Positions 51,902 to 64,000 of a DNA stretch of 64,000 nucleotides are shown in pieces. The notes below the pieces were generated by a model, which saw nothing but the letters and a program-made list of their open reading frames with translations, did not search any database and was not told the DNA's origin. The position numbers and the translations under genes were made by a program. Origin of the DNA: Chrysomallon squamiferum (taxonomy: Eukaryota > Animalia > Mollusca); the NCBI GenBank assembly GCA_012295275.1, contig CM022671.1, forward strand, positions 16,430,001-16,494,000. The letters run 5' to 3'. The stretch's first letter is position 1. Every line of letters starts with the position of its first letter.

Positions 51902-54364
51902 CTGAAAGAATGAAAAACAAGGAAACAAGAAGGAAGTATTTGTGTTATTTAAAAAAAAAAAAGGTTTCTCAACATATTTTTCACTTACAGCTTGACATAT
52001 GATCTAAAGATGTAAATAAAATAAAGAGAGAAAATACACGCTACCACTTTATGATGGGTTAATGTTAAACTGCAACAGAACAGTTTTATTTATTGTTAAT
52101 GCCAAGTCTAAATATATCGATACCAGCATCACTTTACAAAAATTAATTATTTTGTTTTGGCAGGTTTAAATTAACTTCTATTCTGATTGTGTGTGTAGGT
52201 TTGGTTTAACTTCAAGGCATACGACAATAACGTCAGTTACAGAAGAAAAAACAAATGACAGTTTACAAATAAAACTGCTGATGTCATAGCGTTAAAGGTC
52301 GATGAATCTGTGTTCGTGTTTCCTCCACATTGCTTCTAAACAATCTTCGTTCGGAATTTTACCATTGCTTATAATGTAAAAGTTTTTAACTACAAACATG
52401 ATGTTACTTATAATACTGAATTACCTTTGTTTTAAAGATCAGACGTTTATAAACACATGGCAGTGATCCCAAATATCCATTAATACGTTATAGTTCACGA
52501 ATAATATATACATAGGATTTATTGATAAATTTAACATGTCACTCTAAACATCATACAACACTGGAAATAAATTTTGAAAATTAAATAAGTGAAAAAGAAA
52601 AAACAATTTTAAAAGGAAGACATATAGCAAAATAACACGTTATAGATAAACTATCAAATTATATAACATAAACTATCAAAATATATAACATCTCATGACT
52701 GACTTTATTGTCGTATGTCTTCACTAAGAACCTATGTAACGAAGACGTCCTATACAAACACAAAGAGAACTGAAATTAACTTAAATTTGAAAATAATATT
52801 AATTAGTTCAACAGAATTTTTATCCAAAATCTCTTCTCATATATATGTCAGCAACACTACACAACACAGTAGTGTTTCAGGTTATTATTAGCCAATCATA
52901 AAGTGATTGCGTGTTTTCTCTCTTAGTATCTGTAGACCCTTTAGCTTTAACCGTAAGTCAACTTTAAAACAGTAAGTGAAAAATACGTCGACAGACTTTT
53001 TAAATAACACAATTTTTACTTCACCCTCACTCGTAGTACTTTAGATTACATGTTAAATAAATCTCAGTTGCAAATACGTAATATAAAATTCCAATAAATT
53101 TCAAATATATACCAATTAAATAACATTTTATAATATAACTTTAGAAAGAAAAAATAGAAAAACAAGATTTGCTACAAATTTGGCGCAAATTAACTGCAGG
53201 CGTTTGGGTTCGATGCTATAAATGTAATTGAAAAGTCTATGCAGTTAATACATATCGTTTTGGTTTTTTTTTCCTTGCTCGAGTTTTTTCATTTTATCTT
53301 ATTTGTATTCCAAAAAGATAGTACGTTACCGGAACATTTTCACCTTCTACTTGTTTTAACTTCTTTGGATTTGGTAATCAAACGAATTTAGCAATATTTT
53401 TGTGCAGAACAGTTTTCCTTTAGTTTTCAAAGTACATTTTATTCAGTTCTTAAAATTTATTTTATTTTATTTTATTTATTTATTTTATTTTATTTTATTT
53501 ATTTATTTATTTATTTTATTTATTTATTTATGTATTATGAGAAGAAATCATTTTGTAGCTACGAAAGTTTTTATTGCCATCATCATCATCATCATCATCA
53601 CCATAAATTATTATCATTATCATATTATTATTATTATTGTCATCATCATCATCTTCATCATTTTCTTTGTTTTTAAGTAGTCATAATCAGTTATTTTACA
53701 ATATATCAAATCCATTTCATAAAATATGTTAAAACTTTTTCTTAGAAGGAACAAAAAACAGACATCAAAGAAAAATAATGAAATCTGTTTAATATAATTA
53801 TTTGTGTCTTATCAAAGCCTGACACGTTAAAATCAAATGTTAGCAATCATTGCACTCAAAATTCATAACGATCATTGAATCTAATTTTCTAAATGTATCA
53901 GATTCATTATCAATAATGATTCTAAACAGTTCTAAATACATTAAAACAAATTACAATCAACGATGGTACTAATCTAGAGTATAAGAATTGTATTCTAAAA
54001 CAATCTTTTATGGTTATGTATATATTTTCGTGTTATATAAAATAGAATTTTTTTTTTTTTTTTTTTTTGTATTCATGGTAGGGTAAACACCAAAGTTATT
54101 TTACACACATTACAATGAGAGATTTTTCCATAATTTAACACATATAATTTTCTCATTAATTTAAAATAGTTTTAAATGAACGTCCATGTTTTTACAATTA
54201 TTTACATTATAGGACTCGATTCGATTTGAAAGCATAGAGAAATTTCGATTCGATTCAGATTTTAGTTGGTTGATAAGCTGCTCATTATTCAACCTGTTGT
54301 AATCATTTTAATCATGTACATACACCCAGTTCACTTGATATTTACATCATCTTTTTAATTTCCT

Positions 54365-55290
54365 TTACTGACCCAGTTAAGGACTGTATGTCATACATAT
54401 CATGGCCAAGGATTACATTACATATAATTAAGGACAATTCATAACTCGCATGGTTAAGGCTATCATGTTTCAAGACTACACGTTATACACATTTGGTTTA
54501 TAATACATATATATATATATATACACACACACACTGATCAGGTCTGTATATCAAGCGGTATCCTCCCATTTGTCACACGTCTTATAACAACATAGGCCGT
54601 GGATGGGCGAACTGTTAATAATTATACGCCTTCTATCTAGCCTGCCACAATGGACTCTTCTTCCCAGTTGTTACACAGTCAGATCAGGGAATAATTAGGT
54701 GAACCCCCTGCTAACAATTAAGTAACAAGAACAAAGATTACATATTCGTATCCATTTCTTATCAGTTGAGTCACATAACACAAGAATAATACGAATGGTT
54801 AAATCACATTTAGCACATATGATCGATGACATATGTTACAGTGTTACAGCACATATCAGTAAGTAAATGTGTTCAGCCAAGTTCAGCTAATGTTACCATA
54901 ATCAGCTGTGTAACAACTGGGGACGTGTAACAAATTGGAGACAACCTATCAAACATATGGTTAAGGACAATATTAAGGATTATATTCTAAACAAAGAGAA
55001 CACGTCATTCATATGGCTAAGGAGAACTCCACATCATGCATACAGTTAAGGAGAGTGTATCATAATTATGGACAAGGATTGTATTACATATAAATAAGGA
55101 CTTTACACCTTATACAAAGACATATGATTGAGGTCTATACGTCATACAGATAAGGACTGAATATCATAAATATAGTTAAGATTTTATAATTAAGGACTAA
55201 AACGTACGGTTAAGGATTAAACTGAGCTCTAGTACATAAGATTTATGGCTATATTTAATGCATGCCGTTAAGGGTTAGACGTCATAATTA
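54365..55290 (+). repeat. Degenerate ~28-bp minisatellite arm (consensus approx. ATATGGTTAAGGACTATACATCATAC)
   Basis: GGTTAAGGA/TTAAGGAC motifs recur; the array is interrupted by the MITE at 54557-54946. Confidence 0.7.
54557..54946. mobile_element. MITE with terminal inverted repeats; left TIR split by an ~80-bp insert
   Basis: The right end CTGTGTAACAACTGGGGACGTGTAACAAATTGGAGACAACC reverse-complements to GGTATCCTCCCATTTGTCACACGTC (54557-54581, imperfect) plus CCCAGTTGTTACACAG (54663-54678, perfect). Confidence 0.65.
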
Positions 55291-58200
55291 TAGACGCAGT
55301 GCGATTTCGTCAAACGATCGGTTGCTCGTTCTGGGTTACCACGAGATCATCCAGTAATAGAACGGATCACACTTTTTTTCTTCAACCAGTCGAGCATTGG
55401 CTGAATCAGGAAATACCAGAAAGCGATAATACACATAATAATTAAAGAAATGAAAAAAAAAAAAAAAAAAAAAAAAACATTGATTAGAACGAAATAGTTT
55501 TGGCTCTTTTTATTATATTTTCGTCAATATTTGGTAAACGGTAAGTGAATACATTTCTTGTAGAAAGAAAATAAAAGACACTCTGTTGCTACTTCAATCA
55601 GTGTTAAAGGCAACACGAACTCTGTTTTTTTTCAGTTTTTCAGGATTACAGCTATCAGTGACTGCTGCGCCATGATGAAATGCACTGGCTGGGAAATTCA
55701 ACACATGCTCATTAGATCGCGCTGGCAGAGTTAAATGTGGAAAACGAAAAATCCAATTCGTGTATGTTTTAAGAGCATTTCCCAATCAAATCTAATCAAC
55801 GAATCCTATTAAAGTTTACAGTAAGTTTTTTAAAAAGATCGTTTTTCAATCCCCACGTATTGATGCGGAGTTCAAATATTCTTCAGTTATATCCACAGGC
55901 AGTGTGCGTCATACCATCTTCGAGTCAGGAGAATTGTATGTGAAACCAGTTCTTGCTGTTTTTTAAATTCTTTTTTAACAGCAAAATTAAAAAAAAAAAA
56001 ATTAAAAAAAAACAGCCCATTCAGACAGGTTAAACTGTTTTTTGTAATTTAAACGCTTATATTTAATAAAAAATTTTTCCTGTGTGTTGGACATCACGTT
56101 ACCACAACTGATGACTAAAACTGAACCGGCAATGGTCACACTGTTTAGTTGTTTACGTTTGACTTCTAATACATTTAATATTTTATCACTTTATATCACA
56201 GTCGTGTGTCAGGTATAAAATAAAAGCGTGATTCAGACAGACAAGGAAAAAATAATGTAATTATTCATAACATGTCAGTCGTTATTCTGTACAGAACAAA
56301 CAACGACATTCGCTCTTCAAATATACATTATTAATTGTGTTATTATCGTACGTAAAACTACAATGTGCGAGAAAAAAAAAAAAAAAACGTCGCTATTCTA
56401 ATTTGATGGACCCTGCGATTCCAAAAGAAAAGAGAATGTTTGTTCAGACAAACTTATCTATATCGTGTAATGGATTGACAAACAAACAACTTTATTAATG
56501 TTCTTGTCGATATTTGTCTTGTGCCATTTTGTTAGACAAGACAGCTATTTCATCCAGCAGCTTATCCCTTTATTAAATATATAATAATTACAGATTATTA
56601 CTGAGACGCGATTCAAATATTAGCCGAGCACGATGTTCATCATTTACATTCATGCAAATATCGTATTTATGAGAAAAAATAACAATTTGGTTATTAACTG
56701 AGGCAGCACAAGTGAAATCTGGCGCCGAAAATCTAGTTTGATCTGCACGAAATAGAAAATATTTGAACTTGGATTGTTCAAACAATTGATGTATGCAATT
56801 ACTATTTACAATAAATTTGGTAAAGCTGAAAGATACATTTAAAAAATAAAATAAAATATATAAAGAAAAATACATTTTTGTTTTGATTGGCATTGCTATT
56901 TGTGGTGTTTCATATTTATCGGTGTGTTTGTGTTTGTGTGTGTGTGTTACGACATAATGTAATAGCGAATAAGATGTATACGACATCTGAACTGGACAGA
57001 AAGAGCTTTCTAACTCAAAAACAGATTTGTATAATCTTCATTTTCTTGCGAGAGTCTTTTCGTACTTGGCTACAGGCAACGCTTCTGGGAGGAAATGTTC
57101 CTTTGTGACTTTTTCTTTGATCTTTTGTCTTTGCAAATATAATGATCAAAACTGTTTAGATCTACATTATTTACTGCATTTTTAATCTGTGTTTATATTT
57201 ATACATGTTTATGTATGTGTGTTTGTGGTGTATATATGTATGAGTGTGTGTATGGTGGTGGTTGTTCTTTTTTGGGGGGAGGGGTTGTGTTTCTACGTGA
57301 GTGTATGTCTGAATAAGCACGTACCAAAAATAAATAATTTGTAATCTTGGTTTTTAACCTTTCAAAACCATGACCAGAAACATAATCGCAAAAATCAGAA
57401 ATTTGCTATTTCCAGAAGGAATAATTCTTTTTCGATAAATAAGAATGATATTTAAGGAAACTATAGAGTGGCACTATAAACATTAACAAAAAAAAAAAAA
57501 AAAAAAAAGAAAGATAATGACAACGATGATCAGTGATAGAGTGTTTCTATGACTGGTACAGAAAGAAAAAAATAATAATTCATTTCTGTGCTGATGACGT
57601 TCACAATAGAGTCATCAGAAAAATACAGTGCCATGTATGATTAGGTCTTTATCTGTGTGTGGTCTCAGCTTGTACAGGGTATCAGCTGATTTCAGCTTGC
57701 AACGATCCTGCAAGAAACAAAATAGAGATTGTTCTCCCCACCAGCAAGTATTCCCAAACGTCATTACACTGAATCATGAAAGAAAATACTTCTGAGTTGT
57801 TTTAGATCTCTGTAGAAATGACCGTGTCTGATGTTTGTCTGTTCGTCTGCAGGTATAGACAGACCATTGTCGTTACACGTTATTTTGTCATCAGACATAA
57901 TTTCGGCTTTATTGTCAGTTAGTGTTTCAGTGAATATAGTGATTTAGAACATCACCTGAGTGATGGTTATAAATATTTAAAACGCAAATTATAAAAAGAT
58001 AATGATGATATAAATATTCTGAACATTAATTATGATATAACTACTACTACTACTACTACTAATTATTATTATTATTATTATATACACACATACACACACA
58101 CACACAAAGTAATTAATAATTCAAATTTTTCTAAAAGTAAGTCTTGCAGTGACGTCTATCGTAATAATATAAAACATTTATGAAATCAAACTGCTAACAC

Positions 58201-58799
58201 TAAAAATGTGTATGGCACTGCTAATAAACCCATTCGGTAAAAGAACAATCTGTATCAAAAGATTCCTTGTCGCTAACCATTAAAAGTTCTTTGAATGGCG
58301 GTTGCTGTAATTAAAAAAAGGCCATGTTTGAACGCTAACTTCTTTTAATAATAAAATCAGTTTAAGACCTGATACATAATTTTATAATCTCCTGATGTTA
58401 AAAGGGAAATTCTTGTGATTCCTTGCTCTGAACAAATTCATATGAATGTTTTAAACGTTATGTGTTATAAATCTGAACAAATTCACATCACGTATCCAAA
58501 GTCGAATGTTTGTCAAGGATCATTTGTTGATAAACATATCAAATATTTTTTCTGGTAAAAATTTATTTTATAAACTTTCTCTACGAGCAATGATGATATA
58601 AAAAAATAAATAAATAAATAAACTTTATAGAAGCGATTCGTGAAATGAAATATATTCCCGGAATATACCGTGGAATATAATGATTTTGATACAAAAAAAT
58701 GTTTAAAAGAAATTTTGGTTAAAATGTATTTACCGACAGAATAAAGCCGAACAAGTGAAGATTGGAGTCTCAGATGCTTGGTATAAATATTTTATTAGT

Positions 58800-59375
58800 A
58801 TCATTTTATGTGTAGCCCTTAAATATATTTTTGTGGGACACATAGTCCTTAAAAATATATAAGTACATAGTACTTAACTAAATGTAGAGATTGTAATGTT
58901 TATAGTCTTTAATCATCATATGCATCATGAACAATACTTAACCATAAGTATTGTTACATGATCATAAACCATGTGTTTGATGTATAATACTTAACCATAT
59001 GTAATATATATATATATATATATATATAGTCCTAAACTACAGGGTGTCCACAAAGTCTGGGTACATAAGGGACTAACACATACTTTTAAAATAAAATAGT
59101 TTTATTTAATTCTAATGTTAATAAATAATGTTTTCAATATGATTTCCATCACTTTTAATGCATAATTCTTTAGAAAGAGCCGTCATTCGATCGGTTAAGA
59201 AAAATAACATAAATAAATAACATAGTAAAATTCCCCATGTACCCAGACTTTGTGGACACCCTGTATATATATATGATGTATAGTACTTTACCATAGGTAT
59301 ATGTATATACGTTATTTAATTGTTAGGCATCTTACTCATGGTTTAAGATTATAAACATTACCTATGGTTAAATAC
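58800..59375 (-). repeat. Inverted copy of the same degenerate ~28-bp minisatellite
   Basis: Recurring TGATGTATAGT(C/A)CTTAACCATA motifs are the reverse complement of the 54365-55290 unit. Confidence 0.65.
59040..59263. mobile_element. Tc1/mariner-type MITE, 224 bp, non-autonomous
   Basis: Perfect 27-bp TIRs CAGGGTGTCCACAAAGTCTGGGTACAT (59040-59066 and 59237-59263), with TA on both sides (59038-59039 and 59264-59265). No ORF. Confidence 0.95.
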
Positions 59376-59417
59376 TATACATTATACATATATGTATAAT
59401 AAACCAGGTTTTGGATT

Positions 59418-59688
59418 GTATGTGTTTGTGTGTGTGTGTGTTTATGTATGTCGGTGTGAGTGTGTGTGTGTGTGTGTGACGGTGTGTGTGTGGGCGTGTG
59501 TGTTTGTGTATGTGTGTGTGTGTGTCTCGGTGTGTATTGTATGTGTGTGTGTGTCAGTGTGTGTGTGGGCGTGTGTGTATATGTATGGGTGTGTGTGTGA
59601 GTGTGTATGTGTGTGTGCATCAGTGCATCAGTGTGTGGGCGGGCGTGTGTGTATGTGTATGGGTGTGTGTGTGTGTCTCGGTGTGTAC

Positions 59689-59751
<63 letters not shown>

Positions 59752-59845
59752 CGGTGTGTTGTGTGTGTGAGTGGGAGTGTGTGTATGTGTATGGGTGTGT
59801 TTGTGTATGTATCGGAGTGTATTGTATGTGTGTGTGTGTGTGGGC

Positions 59846-59876
<31 letters not shown>

Positions 59877-59903
59877 GGTGGGTGGGTGTGGGTTTGTGCG
59901 TGT
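59418..59903. repeat. Complex (GT)n-based repeat with higher-order units
   Basis: GT runs are punctuated by recurring GGGCGTG and TCTCGGTGTGTA(T/C)TGTATG. Confidence 0.9.
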
Positions 59904-61148
59904 GCCTTGTCGTCAAATAAAAGTAATTAATCTTCCTCCATCGCCGTACAAAGTATTGTTTACAGAACATTCACATTCACAGTTTCAGGACATTCACCTA
60001 AACATATCAGTTTTATATCCGATGGTTTGAGTTTAGCTTTGATTTCAGAATACTAAGCAGACAAATTAACGATCGTCAAAGAATTTCAAGAACAAAAATT
60101 CAGTGATAAATGGAAGTAAAACAATGACACGAAAAACACGACACAAAATTAATGAAAATCTTACAACTACCGATTGACTATGTTATTAATAAATTTCTTG
60201 TTTCAATAAGCTAAATATACTATAATCATGGCAACTTTGTTCAGGCTTATATATACATAGACATGCATATACAGAAACAGATACAAAATTAAAACATACA
60301 TTATATATAAAATTACTGAATTTCGTTCACTGTACCCCAGTTTAGTCGCTTGCTAATACACTTTTGTTTCAAGCAGATAAAGACACGATTATCATGGCTC
60401 ATTCACAAGACCGATCTGCAGTATTATCGATAGTAACAACCAGAGAAAAACAAAACAACGATACAACCACATATTAATTAATTAACAAGTGAATGAATGA
60501 ATGAATGATTCAATGAACGAATGGACGAATGTAAGAATGAACGAAGGACTGTGACTAAATAAATATACCAATGAATGAATGAATGAATGAATGAATGAAT
60601 ACGAATGAATGAATAACAATAAGAAAGACTAAAAGTGATTTTTACGTGAGGGAAACCGGCAGTCATCATTCAATCGGCTGGTGATTTTAATCAGTGAAAG
60701 GAGCTAGGAACCTTTTACACGGATAAACTGTAACACTTGTGAACTAGGCGTGCAGACAGCCAGTCCAGTGTCATCCACGATATTGTTTTCTTTAACAGCG
60801 CTGCTAAAGCTTATTGATTCAGGTCCTTTCATCGGTGGGGAGACGTCAGACACCGGTGTTTTCTCGTTCCTAGGCTGAGTGAGAAATTAGTGATTGCGTT
60901 TTCTAAAAGGGACCATTACCGGTCGTTAGTGTTGGGGAAGCAGAAAAAAGCACACAAACATACATAAACACAAACACACACACACACACACACACACATA
61001 CACATATCATTAAACACACCCACACACACAAACACACAAACACAGATACGAGTATATCATGTGTAAAATGAGTATGTACCTATATATACATGTGTTACAT
61101 ATAATCCTAAACCATATATATCTCTCTCTCGTACACACTCACACACAC

Positions 61149-61198
<50 letters not shown>

Positions 61199-61679
61199 CA
61201 TTAAACACACACACATACATATATAGTTACGTACCTACATACACATTTTTGGTTAATCTGTATTGGTTATTCCATCGGTTTTTGAAAATAAATAGAATGA
61301 TATTTTAAATTTTCCTTACATGAAAACACTAAATATGAAAGCTGCAATATAAACGAATAATACATTTAAAAATAACTTTTTTATTTTCTGTAGAGACTTT
61401 GAATTATAAAAATGATAACTCCATTATCTTACAGTAAATATTAAAATTTTACTTTTTCCACGGAACATGTATTACAATATACATACATCAATAGAAACAA
61501 AAAACAAAAACACAACTACAAATATCTTACATATCTTATATCTATATCTATATCTATAGATATATGAACTATCAACTGAAAACAACAATAAATCCTTATA
61601 GTATTGTTTATCTTACAAGTAACGTATACATTTCAAAATAATACGTTTACGGTAAACGATCAATAACATAAATATAAAC

Positions 61680-61714
<35 letters not shown>

Positions 61715-62470
61715 AGCATACATATATACATACATATATACATACATACATACAAACATATACACAGACATACATACGATACATTATATACACATACATA
61801 CATACATACAAACATATACACAGACATACAAACAATACATTATATACACATACATACATACAAACATATACACATACATACAAACAATACATTATATACA
61901 CATACATGCATACATACATACATACAAACATATGCACATACATAAAACAATACATTATATACACATACATGCATACATACATACAAACAATACATTATAT
62001 ACACATACATGCATACATACATACATACATACATACATATACACATACATACATACAAACATATACACAGACATACAAACAATACATTATATACACATAC
62101 ATGCATACATACATACATACATACATACATATACACAGACATACATACAAACATATACACAGACATACAAACAATACATTATATACACATACATGCATAC
62201 ATACATACGTACATACATGCAAACATATACACATATATACAAACAATACATTATATACACATACATGCATGCATACATACATACAAACATACAAACATAC
62301 AAACATATACACAGACATACAAACAATACATTATATACACATACATGCATACATACATACGTACATACATGCAAACATATACACATATATACAAACAATA
62401 CATTATATACACATACATACATGTATCACACAGCAATACAAACACGTACATTACACGTATACATAAATAC
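61680..62470. repeat. (TACA)n-based compound satellite with recurring anchor AAACAATACATTATATACACATACAT
   Basis: Read directly; explains all the H/T/Y/I and C/V/M/Y ORFs here. Confidence 0.93.
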
Positions 62471-63022
62471 ATGCATTCGTACGTACAAGCACATATATAC
62501 AAGTACATAATACTGTGTACATCCGTACATTCATACATATACACATACACGTATGGATGCACTCGGACACACATTCTTACATATAAGATACACGCAGAGA
62601 ATCAGTATTTTTCGGTTAGTCCGAAGAAGGAAATTAAAAAAATAATAATAATAATAATAAAATAAAATAAAATAAAATAACGCTTTGTTAACAAGTATTT
62701 TATTTTATGTTGTTTTTTTTTTTTTTTTTTTTTTAGTTAATGAATTATTAATAATCTCCAAGAAATCATTTTTTCTTTATATAGCAGTTTATTATGACTG
62801 CCTTTGGTAGTGTTTGCGGGGTAACGCATGTAAACATGAGTGAGAAATCCGCTTAAATACGACAACAGAAGAAAATAGTCTCCTTGCGGTTTACGTTTTT
62901 TGTTGGTTTTGTTCGTTTTTGTTTTTTTTAATTTAGTTTGTTTCAGTCATTTCAGTTATGTTAATTTATATTTAGTATTTGGTGTCTTTATTATATGCTT
63001 CTTGTTAACAGCCAGTTTTATA

Positions 63023-63023
<1 letters not shown>

Positions 63024-63105
<82 letters not shown>

Positions 63106-63116
63106 CAGTAGTAGTA
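63024..63116. repeat. (ATT)n(AGT)n compound microsatellite
   Basis: Read directly. Confidence 0.93.
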
Positions 63117-63234
63117 TTGTTATTATACTATTATTTCTTTGTTTATATTTTTCTGTATTTCCTTTCACTCGTAACTTGTCTGAATCATCCTATAATATCC
63201 ACTGGAACAAATACATTCTTAACGTTTTGCAATG

Positions 63235-63267
<33 letters not shown>

Positions 63268-63441
63268 ATATATATCAAAGGTGTATATTGTGTTCTAGAA
63301 GAGTGCTGTAAATCCAGCAAATATGGCAAAAATATTTATAAATATTAGGCTCACTCAAAAATATAATAATGGGCGATAGTGTGAAACTAATTTTTCTGAA
63401 ATTTCAATATATTTATGTGTGTGTGTGTGTGTGTATGTATA

Positions 63442-63473
<32 letters not shown>

Positions 63474-64000
63474 GTATTATATATTTATATATATATATAT
63501 TGGCATTTGTTCCTAGACCGCACTGTATAGTTCCTCTCTAGTTGCATCATGCATTCTACTAGCACATATGATTATATATCTGTAGTCTAGAATATAGATA
63601 TATATTATACTTTAACTGATTATTTAGTAATAATAATGCAATCAATTATTTTGAAAACGTGAGAAAAACGTGTTGTTGTTGTTGTTTTTTTGTTAGTTTT
63701 TTTCAAAACCTGTTCCCTGTTAATCAATACGGATAAGAGGAAAAGTGTTCTTTAAAACTGCCTGTCAGATGTTTTTTCATTATTATTATTATTATTATTT
63801 ATTAGTATTGGGTTTTTTTCATTATTTTTAATTCTAAAATATCTGTTAACGCCAACCTACATAAATATTCTTTAAACGATCATCAATTCTGATCTGAATA
63901 AAGAAAAGTTTATTTAATCATGATCATCATTGTCATTATCCTCTTCCTCCTCATCATTTATATATTAATGACTTTTTATTAATTATTTATTTTATTTCAT

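Noticed and set aside
59375-62665. Long Cys/Val-rich and His/Thr/Tyr-rich ORFs (up to 218 aa)
   Set aside because: These are translations of (GT)n and (TACA)n satellites, open in several frames on both strands.

Overview
AT-rich, microsatellite-laden animal genomic DNA with spliceosomal introns. It is not prokaryotic: I found no operons, rRNA, functional tRNA or CRISPR array. The gene content suggests a lophotrochozoan, probably a mollusc (inference). Well-supported genes: (1) the 3' exons of a CE4 chitin deacetylase (1239-1289 and 2451-3400, +); (2) two paralogous class-A peptide GPCRs with intronless coding regions, CNMamide-receptor/FMRFamide-receptor-like, arranged convergently (30017-31051 +; 44066-45233 -, the latter split by a 1-nt frameshift near 44562-44567). 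By reading splice sites by hand I also reconstructed models the ORF track misses: a multi-exon minus-strand gene for a signal-peptide-bearing acidic protein (about 10952-13453) whose 3' UTR is a 34-bp array carrying AATAAA in nearly every unit; a small MG...CCAC lipid-anchor-like orphan gene behind a perfect CRE (5910-~6484); and a weaker Lys/Glu/Asn-rich minus-strand model (15086-19755). Repeats include a tRNA-headed SINE whose tail has amplified into a ~1.8-kb 37-bp satellite, with a nearby deleted copy that preserves the single ancestral unit; a perfect Tc1/mariner MITE; and an inverted pair of minisatellite arms resembling a Foldback element. Several frameshifts sit in short homopolymers and may be long-read assembly errors. 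I cannot demonstrate a wholly new biological system; the best leads are ranked in the findings.
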